From positions 1 through 59,145 of the forward strand of contig JAIESJ010000226.1 in NCBI GenBank assembly GCA_019746155.1: DNA of 59,145 nt. Direction: 5' to 3'. This document shows positions 9,074-18,268 of this stretch, in pieces. Within the stretch, counting starts at the first letter, position 1, and every line of letters starts with the position of its first letter. This DNA is from Burkholderiales bacterium (GTDB lineage: Bacteria; Pseudomonadota; Gammaproteobacteria; Burkholderiales; SG8-41). The translations under genes and the position numbers were made by a program. The notes below the pieces were generated by a model, which saw only the letters and a program-made list of their open reading frames with translations, made no database searches and was not told the origin of the DNA.

Positions 9074-9778
9074 TCAGCACCTGACTTGTTGCTTGCAGAA
9101 ACTCTCCAGTTCGATCACGACACTGTGTGTGGAAACCCGGTTTTTCATGCGGTCGGCGCCATAATCGAGCGCTAGCTTGAACTCGAACTTTTCAAAGAAA
9201 GTATTGAACATTTCACCGCCCAAGGTGCCGACCGCGTAGAGTGCATCGGTATTGCGGTCGTGCTCGAGCAGAATCGCCGACAGCGGTTGCGGGGCAGGGC
9301 CGCCCATCACCCGCGCGCCCGAGGCCGGGTCGTATTCGCTGTGCTCCGAGCAGCAGTGAATCATGTTGGGGCGCGTGATCCTGGAGGCGGTCGATTGGTC
9401 GCGATAGCTGATGAAGCTGATCTGGCGCGTGGGGTAGGTCATGCGGTGGGCGCAGATTGCCGAGTAGCCGACGATCGCACTGTTGGGTCCCACGCCGCCG
9501 GGCCACTCGTAGCTGCCGCCGTCCCCGGTCTTGAGCGTCACGTTCTGCACCGTGGGCTTGCCGAGGTTGAGCAGGAAGCAGGGCGTGGCTTCGAACGGGT
9601 AGTGAAAAATATAATTCCGCCCTGCGGCCAGGCCGGCTGCTTTCAGCGGCTGCCTGCGCTCGTCGACCAGCAGCGCGCGCGAGTAGAAGCGCGGCTTGAG
9701 GTCCCTGGCCGCAAATGCCGGTTGGGTGCCAATGGCTGCGGTTGCGGCGCAGATCTTGATGAAGTCGCGTCGTTGCAT
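9074..9778 (-). CDS. TAT-exported Rieske-type [2Fe-2S] protein
   Basis: 234 aa with a twin-arginine leader (MQRRDFIKICAATAA) and a CxH...CxxH pattern (CAHRM ... CSEH). Confidence 0.6.
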   Translation of the reverse strand: MQRRDFIKICAATAAIGTQPAFAARDLKPRFYSRALLVDERRQPLKAAGLAAGRNYIFHYPFEATPCFLLNLGKPTVQNVTLKTGDGGSYEWPGGVGPNSAIVGYSAICAHRMTYPTRQISFISYRDQSTASRITRPNMIHCCSEHSEYDPASGARVMGGPAPQPLSAILLEHDRNTDALYAVGTLGGEMFNTFFEKFEFKLALDYGADRMKNRVSTHSVVIELESFCKQQVRC

Positions 9779-9904
9779 GGAACTCCGCCTTCGCTGGTTT
9801 TCGCCAAGGGTATTTTTGGAGTTTTAGTTAATATTGTCAAATTGAGGGACGCCTATGCATGAAGGACAGCACCCCATCCCTGATATCTGGTGAAAACCGG
9901 TCGC

Positions 9905-9938
9905 CGAAAAAACAACGCCCCGAACCGTTCGGGGCGTT
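9905..9938 (-). terminator. Rho-independent terminator downstream of the porin remnant
   Basis: 9-bp GC-rich stem (AACGCCCCG / CGGGGCGTT), followed on the minus strand by GTTTTTT. Confidence 0.7.
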
Positions 9939-9973
9939 GTCTTGGGTGAGACCGCCTGGGTCGTCTTAAGCGT

Positions 9974-10813
9974 CTACCAGTACTTGTAGCTGACCGACAC
10001 ACCGATCACATTGACCGAATAGTTGGGGCTCAACTGACCGGTCGAGAGCACGTTCGCCATGGTGTTGGGGTTGACGCTGTCCCACGCCCAGTCGTCGGTG
10101 CGCAGTTTGCGATGCAGCAGACTCCGCCTGAGGGTCGCGTTTTTCTGCAGCTTGTATGTGCCGTAGAGCTGCAAACTCTGGAACCGTGAGACCAGATCGG
10201 GTATCGGCGCCGCGGTCAGGGCGGAGCCGACTGCCGTGTTGATTTTTCCCAGTCCATACGAGTAGGTGTAGTCGCCACCGAGGTCGAATTTGCCTCCCAT
10301 CAGCTCCTTCACCTTGAATCCCACGCCGAAAGTGTCGATGCGGTCATCGGAGGTGTTGAACCAGTCGCTCGTGGAAGTGAGCGGGGTCGACAGCGCCAGC
10401 TTGTTGGTCGAGTTGAAACTCCTGCCCGTCTGGTTCGACTTGTAGTTGTCGTAGGTGTAGTAGGCGTAGAGCGTCAGGTTCTGTTTCGGCGTGACCGATG
10501 CATCGACGGTATAGCTCTCGCTCTTGGTCTTGGTGAGGCCCAGTATGGAGTTCTTGTAATCGTCCTGGTTGTAGTCGGCACGGAACTGCAGCGACACCAT
10601 TTCATGCGGCGAGGCATTGAGCGAAAACCGGAACTTGTCGCGTTCGCGATCCGCGTAGATGAATTTTCTCAGCAACGGGTGGTCGTCCCATTGCGTGCCC
10701 ACTGGCAGGGTGGCGATGTACTGCGCCGAATAACTCTCGTCAAACGGCGCGTCGGTATACCCCTTGTTCCTGCGATCCGAGCGGGCGTAACTCACTCCGC
10801 CGCTGATCAAGAT
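9974..10813 (-). pseudogene. 5'-truncated outer-membrane beta-barrel gene, MtrB/PioB-like (C-terminal ~280 codons)
   Basis: Alternating-hydrophobic strands end in ...VIGVSVSYKYW, with motifs such as YTYSYGLGK and LRTDDWAWD. The frame upstream of 10813 runs into the inverted repeat of the adjacent element, so there is no N-terminus or signal peptide. Confidence 0.5.
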
Positions 10814-11592
10814 AAATGGGGTCAGACTCGATTTATTTGGCTCTAGAGCTAGACTAAGCGCCTGTAATTTTTCTTCCAATGGCTTATGGCCCGCCTGCCA
10901 CGCTATTTTGCGCCGAACTGTCCCCAGCACGTGATCCTGCGCGGCAACAACCGCGATCCGGTTTTCGTCTCGGATGACGATTATGTGAAGTTCGCCCAAT
11001 GCCTGGGCGAGGCGGCCCGGGATCATGGCGTGGCGATCCATGCCTATGTCTTCATGACCAATCATATTCATCTGCTCGCGACCCCTGCGACCGAGACCGC
11101 GCTGAGCAAGGGCATGCAGTCGCTGGGGCGCAAGTATGTGCAGTATTTCAACTACACCTATCAGCGCACTGGCACGCTGTGGGAGGGGCGCTACAAGGCC
11201 ACGGTGGTGGATGCCGAAAGCTATCTGCTGACCTGTATGCGCTATATCGAACTCAACCCGGTGCGCGCCGGCATGGTGGAGCACCCGGGGGATTATCGCT
11301 GGTCAAGCTACCGCGCCCATGCGCAGGGCGAGCCCGATGCACTGTTGACGCCGCACCTGCTCTACCGGCGGCTGGGCAGGGCGGAAGAGGAACGGCAAGC
11401 CGCCTACCGTCAGCTGTTTCGTGCGCAGCTGGCCAAGGCCGATCTTGACGCGATCCGGGAAGCGACGAACAAGGCGTGGGCGCTGGGCAATGGGCGCTTC
11501 CGGGAGAAGATTGAGGCACTTTCGGGGCGACGGGCTGCACCGTTGCCAAAGGGGAGGCCGAAGCGGGATGAAAATCGAGTCTGACCCCATTT
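10814..11592 (+). mobile_element. Y1-transposase (RAYT/IS200-like) unit bounded by perfect 21-bp inverted repeats
   Basis: AAATGGGGTCAGACTCGATTT (10814-10834) is the exact reverse complement of AAATCGAGTCTGACCCCATTT (11572-11592). The pair encloses a single gene. Confidence 0.75.
10886..11584 (+). CDS. REP-associated tyrosine transposase-like protein (Y1 HUH, IS200/COG1943-type)
   Basis: 232 aa with an HUH motif (NHIHLL) and a downstream Tyr region (RYIELNPVRAGMVEHPGDYRWSSY). The stop codon lies inside the right inverted repeat. Confidence 0.85.
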   Translation: MARLPRYFAPNCPQHVILRGNNRDPVFVSDDDYVKFAQCLGEAARDHGVAIHAYVFMTNHIHLLATPATETALSKGMQSLGRKYVQYFNYTYQRTGTLWEGRYKATVVDAESYLLTCMRYIELNPVRAGMVEHPGDYRWSSYRAHAQGEPDALLTPHLLYRRLGRAEEERQAAYRQLFRAQLAKADLDAIREATNKAWALGNGRFREKIEALSGRRAAPLPKGRPKRDENRV

Positions 11593-11662
11593 TTTTACCA
11601 TTTTTTTATTCATTCATTTTTTTATTTTTTTCATTTTTTATTTTTTAAATGAAAAAAACCAA
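11590..11662. repeat. Cluster of six T6-T7 tracts plus one A7 tract (low-complexity AT island)
   Basis: T-runs begin at 11590, 11601, 11617, 11625, 11634 and 11641, and an A7 run sits at 11652. This contrasts sharply with the GC-rich surroundings. Confidence 0.9.
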
Positions 11663-11830
11663 AGAACGAGGCGAAAAAAACGCCATGCCAGCGACGTTGG
11701 TTCCGGCCGACACGGCGTTGCGACACGCAAAGCTTTTCTTAAGCAGCCTGTCGCCGCAGCGTCGATCGACGGCGATCCGTCAACACCACCCGTTCCGGTG
11801 AATGGGGGCCCCAGGTCCGGCAGGCTGCTA
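11663..11830 (-). repeat. Structured repeat family, copy B (hairpin core plus ~80-nt extension)
   Basis: The reverse complement aligns end to end with copy C (27626-27792). Its first three nt (TAG) are the ccmI stop codon. Confidence 0.85.
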
Positions 11831-13057
11831 GCGGATCTCGCTATCAATCACCACGGTGATCCCGGATGCGCTGTTGGCGATGGGGGCGCTCACTCCCTGC
11901 AGGTCGCCGGGCTGGGGATTGGCGTTCGCGGATTTCGAGACGCGGGCCCCGATGACGACCTGCGGGAAGCTTGACAGGCTGGCGCCCGGTGCCATCGCCA
12001 TCGAGTCATCAAGTGAGAAAGTAACCGGTAATTCGCGCGCCTGTTTGCGCAGTATCGCCAGCGGTATGCGCGGACCCTCGGCGGCCCTGGCAAAGATGAA
12101 CACGGTGTCGGTGGGCGCGACCTTCGCGGCGAGTTCCGGCGCAAGTTTCACCACGCCGCTCACGCCACGTTTGCTCGCGGCGGCGTTTGCGTCACGCGGT
12201 GCCGCAGACGCGCTCCCCTTGCCGAGCGTCCGCGCTTCGGCCACGCTGGCGCTGACCGAGCGGGCGAATTCCGAATCCTGAGGCACCAGCCGCAGAATCC
12301 TTTCCCAGTATTCGACGGCCTTGGCATAGTTTTTGTTATCGAAGGCCAGACTGCCGGCCAAGGCTAACGCCTTGATATTGTCGGGATCGATTTGCAGCGC
12401 GCGTGCGATAAGCTTTTCCGGTTCGCCTTGCAGGCGCCGGTCTTGCGCCATCGCCAGCGTATCGGCATAGTCCGCAAGCAGTTGCGCATCATTGGGCAGC
12501 TGCTTTATTGCGCTGGCATAGGCGGAGGCGGCCTGCGCGAAGCGGCCGAGCGCGTTGTAGGCGCGCGCCAGCATGATCCATCCTTCGACGTTGTCCGGAT
12601 TGTTCTGGAGGCGCGTCGCGAGCCGCTGGACCATTTCCTCGATTTGCTGAGGCGTGATGTCGTGAGCCGGCCCGCGCGCATCCGCGGCCTGGTGCGGCGC
12701 CAGCGCCTGCGGATTGCCGACGGCCAGGTAGAGCGCTACCGCACACAGCGGCAGCGCCAGGCCCAGTGCGATCGCGCTGGCGCGTCCATGCCGCGGACTG
12801 CCTGCCATGGCGTCGCCTGCGTCCACGTCCTCGAGCAGCCGGGCCTCGAGTTCGCGCCGCGCCTTCTCGTAATGCTCCGCGCTCAAGGTTCCGGACTGCA
12901 GGTCGGCGTCGAGTTCTTTGAGCTGGTCGCGGTAGAGCGTGATGTTGACTGTTTTGCGCGAGACACGGTCCGCGGGCCGGCTCCTGAGCAGAGGCGGCAC
13001 GATGAAAAGCAGGGCCCCGGCGATCAGCAGCCCGCTGGCGATCAGGAACGCCGTCAT
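11828..13057 (-). CDS. ccmI: c-type cytochrome biogenesis protein CcmI (TPR)
   Basis: 409 aa with N-terminal TM segments followed by TPR-like repeats. Overlaps the ccmH stop by 4 nt. Confidence 0.85.
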   Translation of the reverse strand: MTAFLIASGLLIAGALLFIVPPLLRSRPADRVSRKTVNITLYRDQLKELDADLQSGTLSAEHYEKARRELEARLLEDVDAGDAMAGSPRHGRASAIALGLALPLCAVALYLAVGNPQALAPHQAADARGPAHDITPQQIEEMVQRLATRLQNNPDNVEGWIMLARAYNALGRFAQAASAYASAIKQLPNDAQLLADYADTLAMAQDRRLQGEPEKLIARALQIDPDNIKALALAGSLAFDNKNYAKAVEYWERILRLVPQDSEFARSVSASVAEARTLGKGSASAAPRDANAAASKRGVSGVVKLAPELAAKVAPTDTVFIFARAAEGPRIPLAILRKQARELPVTFSLDDSMAMAPGASLSSFPQVVIGARVSKSANANPQPGDLQGVSAPIANSASGITVVIDSEIR

Positions 13058-13521
13058 GGTTTATCCGTCTCGCTTTCGGCCGCAAGCAGCTGCGCGGCAC
13101 GTGCGCGTTCCGCTTCGCCCGGTTCGTTTTCCGGCGCGCGCCTGCGTGCGAGCTTGTGGAACAGCGTGAACAGGCCCGCCGCAAGCAGCAGCAGGGGCCC
13201 CAGCCACAGCATCACTGTGGTCGCCTTGAACGGCGGCCGATAGAGTACGAAATCGCCGTAGCGCGCCACCATGAAATCGATAATCTCGCGTTCGCTCATT
13301 CCTTGTTTCATTTTTTTGCGGATCTCATTCTTCAGATCCACCGCGAGGTCGGCATTCGAATCGGCGATCGTCTGGTTCTGGCATACCAGGCAGCGCAGCT
13401 CCCCGGCGAGCGCGGTCACCCGCTTCTCGAGCGCGGGGTCTTCCGCTGCCGGCGCCGCTTCCCGGCCGAAAGCGGCGCTGCCCAGCAGCAGCAGGAAAAG
13501 CAACGCGAGCGCCTTAGCCAC
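13054..13521 (-). CDS. ccmH: cytochrome c-type biogenesis protein CcmH
   Basis: 155 aa with a signal peptide, the LRCLVCQNQ motif and a C-terminal TM. Confidence 0.9.
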   Translation of the reverse strand: MAKALALLFLLLLGSAAFGREAAPAAEDPALEKRVTALAGELRCLVCQNQTIADSNADLAVDLKNEIRKKMKQGMSEREIIDFMVARYGDFVLYRPPFKATTVMLWLGPLLLLAAGLFTLFHKLARRRAPENEPGEAERARAAQLLAAESETDKP

Positions 13522-14065
13522 GATTGAGTTCGTTTACCAGGGGGAGAATTTTTGTCTTCACGATTTCAGGGGTGACCGGGCCGATCTGCTTGTAGCGGAT
13601 CACGCCGCGCTTGTCGATGACGTAGGTTTCCGGAACACCGTAGACGCCGTAGTCGATACCCACTCTGCCGTTTTCGTCAAACGCCGAGAGCCGGTAAGGA
13701 TCGCCCAGACTTCGCAGCCAGGCGACGCCTTCTTCGCGCCTGTCTTTGTAGTTCAGCCCGTAGATCGGCACCGCATTGCTTCTGGCAAGATCCAGCAACA
13801 CGGGATGCTCGACACGACAGGAGACGCACCACGACGCCCAGACATTGAGCAGCCATACTTTTCCGAGCATGTCCTTTTCGGAGAACGTCTTGTCCGGCTC
13901 ATGCAGTTGCGGCAGCTCGAAGTGCGGCGCGGGCTTGTCGATGAGCGGCGAGGGTACTTCGCGCGGGTTGAGCGTGAGGCCCACGCCGAGCAGCACCACG
14001 AGCGCCGAGAAAACGCCCAGCGGAAGAAGAAAAAGCCGGGGCTTGTTCGGAGTTTCCGCGGTCAT
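13514..14065 (-). CDS. ccmG: thiol:disulfide oxidoreductase CcmG/DsbE
   Basis: Thioredoxin fold with WASWCVSCRVEHP and an N-terminal anchor. Start set to ATG 14065 (MTAETP...), 11 nt after the ccmF stop; the track ORF runs to 14155. Confidence 0.9.
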   Translation of the reverse strand: MTAETPNKPRLFLLPLGVFSALVVLLGVGLTLNPREVPSPLIDKPAPHFELPQLHEPDKTFSEKDMLGKVWLLNVWASWCVSCRVEHPVLLDLARSNAVPIYGLNYKDRREEGVAWLRSLGDPYRLSAFDENGRVGIDYGVYGVPETYVIDKRGVIRYKQIGPVTPEIVKTKILPLVNELNRG

Positions 14066-14075
14066 CCCATTCGCC

Positions 14076-16082
14076 TCAACGAACCGGTGTGACCTGCGGG
14101 TCGCGCGGTGGTACCGCCGCGTGTGCCTTTTCTTCGTGCCGGCGGCGCACGGCAACGCGGTATCTGCGGTCGCTCGCCGCCAGCAGGCCGCCCAGCGCCA
14201 TCAGCACGCAGCCTCCCCAGATCCAGTCCACAAACGGTTTGTGCTGCACGCGCACCAGCCAGGCAGTCTCGCCGATCGAATCGCCGAGCGACACGTAGAG
14301 ATCCCGCGTGAATCCGGTATCGATTGCGGCTTCGGTCATGGGCATCTGCTGTACCCTGTAAACACGCTTTTCCGGGTAGAGCGTGGTGACGCTGCTGCCG
14401 TTCCTGCTCACCTGCATGGTGGCGCGCACCGCAACGTAATTCGGCCCGGGAACCTCGGTGACGCCCGCCAGGCGAAAGGTGTAGCCGCCGACCTCGACCG
14501 TGTCGCCCGGCTCCATGCGCACGTCTTTCTCGCTCTCGTAGCCCTTGACCAGCGTCACGCCGACGACGAACACCGCCACGCCGAGGTGCGCGAGCAGCAT
14601 CCCGTAATAAGCGCGCGGCGTGCCGCGTAGGCGGGACCATGCGCTCGCGCCGGAGGCGGTGTTCTTGATGCGGTCCCGCAGGCTGGTCACACTCGATGCC
14701 ACGATCCACAGCGCGAGCAGCAATCCGAAGCTCACCAGCGGGCTCCAGTGGCCCAGCGCAAACGGCAGCAGCAGCGCCGTCGCGAGACTCGCTGCGAAAG
14801 CCCAGCGCAGCCGCACCGCGAGATCGGGCAGACTGGCCTTTTTCCAGCGCGCGATCGGCCCGACCCCCATCAGGAACAGCGCCGGGGCCATCAACGGCAC
14901 GAATACGGATTCAAAATACGGCGGGCCGACCGAGATCTTGCCTAGCCCCAGCGCATCGAGCACCAGCGGATAAAGCGTGCCGAGCATGACCGAGCCCGTT
15001 GCCACCGCCAGCAATACGTTGTTGGTGAGCAGCAGCGATTCGCGCGACACCAGATCGAAGCTGCCGCCCAGACCGATGCGTGCGGTACGCCACGCGAACA
15101 GCGCCAGCGAACTGCCGATCACGATGCTCAGGAACGCCAGGATGAAAATGCCGCGCTTGGGGTCGGTGGCGAAGGCATGTACTGAAGTGAGCACGCCAGA
15201 ACGCACCAGGAATGTTCCTAACAGACTGAAAGAAAACGCAAAAATAGCAAGCAGCACGGTCCAGCTGCGGAAGCTGCCACGTTTCTCGGTAACGGCAAGC
15301 GAGTGGATCAGTGCGGTGCCCACCAGCCAGGGCATGAACGACGCGTTCTCCACCGGATCCCAGAACCACCAGCCGCCCCAGCCCAGCTCGTAATACGCCC
15401 ACCAGCTGCCCAGCGCGATGCCGAGCGTGAGAAACATCCACGCCACCGTAGTCCAGGGACGGGACCAGCGCGCCCACGCGGCATCGAGCTTGCCGGAGAG
15501 CAGCGCAGCGATGGCGAACGCGAACGCCACCGAGAACCCGACATAGCCCATATAAAGCATCGGCGGGTGCAGCACCATGCCCGGATCCTGCAGCAGCGGG
15601 TTCAGGTCGCGCCCGTCAGGGGGCGCGGGCAGCAAACGGTCAAAAGGATTCGAAGTAAACAGCATGAAGGCGAGGAACCCCACGCTCACCAGCCCCATCA
15701 CTCCGAGCACGCGCGCCACCATTTCCTCCGGCAGGCGGCGGCTGAATGCGGTAACCGCCACTGACCACACCCCGAGTATCAGCGTCCACAGCAGCAGCGA
15801 CCCTTCGTGCCCGCCCCATACCCCGGCAATGCGGTATTGCAGGGGCAGCGCGGAATTGGAATTGGTGGCGACATAGCCCACCGAGAAATCATTGGTGACG
15901 AAAGCGTAGGTCAGGCAGCCGAAAGCGATCGCGACAAACACGAACTGTCCCTGCGCCGCCGGGCGCGCCACGTTCATCCAGGCGGAGTTGCCGCGCGCCG
16001 CGCCGACGATGGGCAGAATGCCCTGCGCCAGCGCGAGGGTGAGCGCCAGCGAGAGCGCAAACTGCCCCAGTTCCGGAATCAT
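14076..16082 (-). CDS. ccmF: heme lyase CcmF
   Basis: 668 aa, polytopic, with a WWD-type motif (WGGWWFWDPVEN). Confidence 0.95.
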   Translation of the reverse strand: MIPELGQFALSLALTLALAQGILPIVGAARGNSAWMNVARPAAQGQFVFVAIAFGCLTYAFVTNDFSVGYVATNSNSALPLQYRIAGVWGGHEGSLLLWTLILGVWSVAVTAFSRRLPEEMVARVLGVMGLVSVGFLAFMLFTSNPFDRLLPAPPDGRDLNPLLQDPGMVLHPPMLYMGYVGFSVAFAFAIAALLSGKLDAAWARWSRPWTTVAWMFLTLGIALGSWWAYYELGWGGWWFWDPVENASFMPWLVGTALIHSLAVTEKRGSFRSWTVLLAIFAFSFSLLGTFLVRSGVLTSVHAFATDPKRGIFILAFLSIVIGSSLALFAWRTARIGLGGSFDLVSRESLLLTNNVLLAVATGSVMLGTLYPLVLDALGLGKISVGPPYFESVFVPLMAPALFLMGVGPIARWKKASLPDLAVRLRWAFAASLATALLLPFALGHWSPLVSFGLLLALWIVASSVTSLRDRIKNTASGASAWSRLRGTPRAYYGMLLAHLGVAVFVVGVTLVKGYESEKDVRMEPGDTVEVGGYTFRLAGVTEVPGPNYVAVRATMQVSRNGSSVTTLYPEKRVYRVQQMPMTEAAIDTGFTRDLYVSLGDSIGETAWLVRVQHKPFVDWIWGGCVLMALGGLLAASDRRYRVAVRRRHEEKAHAAVPPRDPQVTPVR

Positions 16083-16087
16083 TGGCG

Positions 16088-16564
16088 TTATTTTCCTGTC
16101 GGTGGATTAGTGACCAGCGTTTGCGCCGCCTGTGCGCCTTTGGCATGCGCCTGCTTGAGCGCCTCGGCCGCCTCCGGCGGCATGTAGTTCTCGTCGTGCT
16201 TGGCGAGCACCTCGCTGGCGTGGAACATGCCGTCGGGGCCGAGGCGTCCTTGCGTGACCACGCCCTTGCCTTCACGGAACAGGTCGGGCAGCGCGCCGCG
16301 GTAGAGTACCGGAATGGTCTGGGCGGTATCGGTGACGACGAACTGCACGGTGACGCCGTCCGGCTGGCGCTTGACGCTGCCCGGCTCGACCAGGCCGCCG
16401 ATACGGAAAGTGCGTCCCTGCGGCGCCTCGTTAGCCGCGACCTGCGAGGGCGTGAAGAAGAACACCAGATTTTTCTCGAAAGCGTTCAACACCAGGACCG
16501 CAGCGATACCCAATGCGGCGACTCCCGTCGTGATCATCGCGAAACGCTTGTGCCTGGGCTTCAC
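16088..16564 (-). CDS. ccmE: heme chaperone CcmE
   Basis: TM anchor and the conserved tail ...[18 protein letters not shown] start at 16564 overlaps the ccmD stop (GTGA); the track ORF runs to 16684. Confidence 0.85.
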   Translation of the reverse strand: MKPRHKRFAMITTGVAALGIAAVLVLNAFEKNLVFFFTPSQVAANEAPQGRTFRIGGLVEPGSVKRQPDGVTVQFVVTDTAQTIPVLYRGALPDLFREGKGVVTQGRLGPDGMFHASEVLAKHDENYMPPEAAEALKQAHAKGAQAAQTLVTNPPTGK

Positions 16565-16740
16565 CGGGTCCCCCGCGTGCTGCCGCGGATACGGCCAAGG
16601 TGTTCGAGAATGCTGCGTTTTCTGAGTATCAGCAGCACGATCTCGGTGATCATCAGTCCGAGCGTCACGCCATAGGATCCCCATACGTAGAGCGCGTAAC
16701 CGCCCATCGCGAAAAAATCGTTCCAGCTTGCCCAGTTCAT
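16561..16740 (-). CDS. ccmD: heme exporter protein CcmD
   Basis: 59 aa ([37 protein letters not shown]...). ATG 16740 overlaps the ccmC stop (ATGA). It is visible as the C-terminal part of track ORF 16561..17382. Confidence 0.8.
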   Translation of the reverse strand: MNWASWNDFFAMGGYALYVWGSYGVTLGLMITEIVLLILRKRSILEHLGRIRGSTRGTR

Positions 16741-17525
16741 TTCAGCGTCCCCATGTGCTGCGCGACCCAGTCGCTGCGGTGCTCGCGCTCGAGGATGATA
16801 CACCGCACGCGCAGCAGCGCCGCGGCGATGCTGTACATCCAGAAGCCGAGCGCCATCACGATCATGCCGGCAAACATCGTTGCCGCCATGGAGGGCGCGC
16901 TCTTCAGACTCACCGATGCGCCCTGATGCAATGTATTCCACCACTGCACCGAGAAATAGATGATCGGGATGTTGACCACGCCGGTAAGCGCGAGCACGGC
17001 ACCGGCCTTGTCGGCCCGGCGCGGGTTGTCGATCGCCGCCTGCAGCGCCATGAAGCCGAAATACAGGAACAGCAGGATCAGTTCCGAGGTGAGACGCGCG
17101 TCCCATACCCACCAGGTGCCCCAGGTCGGCTTGCCCCACAGCGCGCCGGTCCACAGCGCGATGAAGGTCATCAGCGCGCCGCTCGGGGCCAGCGCGCTGG
17201 CCATCATGCCGGACAGGCGCGTATTGAACACCAGCCCCGCGCCCGCCCAGAAAGCCATCACGACGTAGATGAACATCGACATCCAGGCCGCCGGCACGTG
17301 GATGAATATGATGCGATAAGCCTCGCCCTGCTGGGCGTCGGTCGGGGCCACGAAGAAGCCGATGTAAAGGCCTGCCACGCACAGCAGCGCCGCCGCGGCC
17401 CCGAACCAGGGGACGAGCTTTGCTGCAAGGGGGAAAAAAGTCTGGGGCGAGGAGTATTTGAACCAGTTGACACTCGCGCGCGTCCAGTTGTGCCCCGTCA
17501 TTGTTTTTTCAGACAAAATCGACAT
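16737..17525 (-). CDS. ccmC: heme exporter protein CcmC
   Basis: 262 aa, polytopic, with a W-rich motif ([11 protein letters not shown]). Confidence 0.93.
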   Translation of the reverse strand: MSILSEKTMTGHNWTRASVNWFKYSSPQTFFPLAAKLVPWFGAAAALLCVAGLYIGFFVAPTDAQQGEAYRIIFIHVPAAWMSMFIYVVMAFWAGAGLVFNTRLSGMMASALAPSGALMTFIALWTGALWGKPTWGTWWVWDARLTSELILLFLYFGFMALQAAIDNPRRADKAGAVLALTGVVNIPIIYFSVQWWNTLHQGASVSLKSAPSMAATMFAGMIVMALGFWMYSIAAALLRVRCIILEREHRSDWVAQHMGTLK

Positions 17526-17598
17526 TATCCGTAGTAAGGCCAGAAGCCGTAACTATACAGGGTTCGACAATGAAATTGGAATCCGGTTGCCTTCGCGG

Positions 17599-18267
17599 CT
17601 ACTCGGCCGATATGCGCAGTGCGGCGGCGACTGCCCATGGCGCGAATACCGCCGCGACCACCAGAAATGCGCCCAGAACCAGGAAGTGCGCTTGCGCACT
17701 CAGCCCCGCTGATGCGATATCGACGGTTCCGGCGCCTATGATCAGCACCGGAACGTAAAGCGGTAACACCAATAGCGAAAGCAATATTCCGCCTCCCCGC
17801 AATCCAAGCGTAAGCGCCGCCCCGATGGCGCCGATCAGGCTCAATACCGGGGTTCCGATCAGCAAGGATAGCGTCAGCACCCATAGCAATGATTGATTTA
17901 AATCAAACTGCAGCGCGAGGATCGGGGCGATCAGTACCAGCGGCAGGCCCGAGACGAGCCAGTGCGCAATCACCTTGGCTATCACAATCGCGCCCAGGGG
18001 GGCCGCGCTGAGCAGCATCTGCTCGAGGGTGCCGTCGGCATGATCCGCGGAGAACATGCGGGTCAGCGACAGCATCGAGGCGAGCAGGGCGGCCACCCAG
18101 ATTACGCCCGGGGCGATGGTGCGCAGCAGGTTGGCTTCGGGACCGACCCCCAGAGGAAACAGGCTCACCACGATGACAAAGAACAGCAGCGCGGTCAGCA
18201 CGTCGGCGCGCCGCCGCATTGCCAGCAGCAAATCACGATAGATTACGCAGCGTAGCGCCGTCAGCAT
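17599..18267 (-). CDS. ccmB: heme exporter permease CcmB
   Basis: Hydrophobic protein of about 6 TM. Start set to ATG 18267 (MLTALR...), one nt after the ccmA stop; the track ORF runs to 18288. Confidence 0.88.
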   Translation of the reverse strand: MLTALRCVIYRDLLLAMRRRADVLTALLFFVIVVSLFPLGVGPEANLLRTIAPGVIWVAALLASMLSLTRMFSADHADGTLEQMLLSAAPLGAIVIAKVIAHWLVSGLPLVLIAPILALQFDLNQSLLWVLTLSLLIGTPVLSLIGAIGAALTLGLRGGGILLSLLVLPLYVPVLIIGAGTVDIASAGLSAQAHFLVLGAFLVVAAVFAPWAVAAALRISAE

Positions 18268-18268
18268 C

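Noticed and set aside
10814-11284. N-terminal 157 codons of track ORF 9974..11284.
   Set aside because: This part is antisense to the Y1 transposase gene and crosses its inverted repeat. Only the part below 10813 looks like an outer-membrane protein, so the ORF was split into a pseudogene remnant plus artefact.
11590-11662. Regularly spaced T-runs, checked as a possible CRISPR-like or minisatellite array.
   Set aside because: There are no repeat/spacer units and the tracts vary in length and spacing. It was recorded only as a low-complexity AT island.
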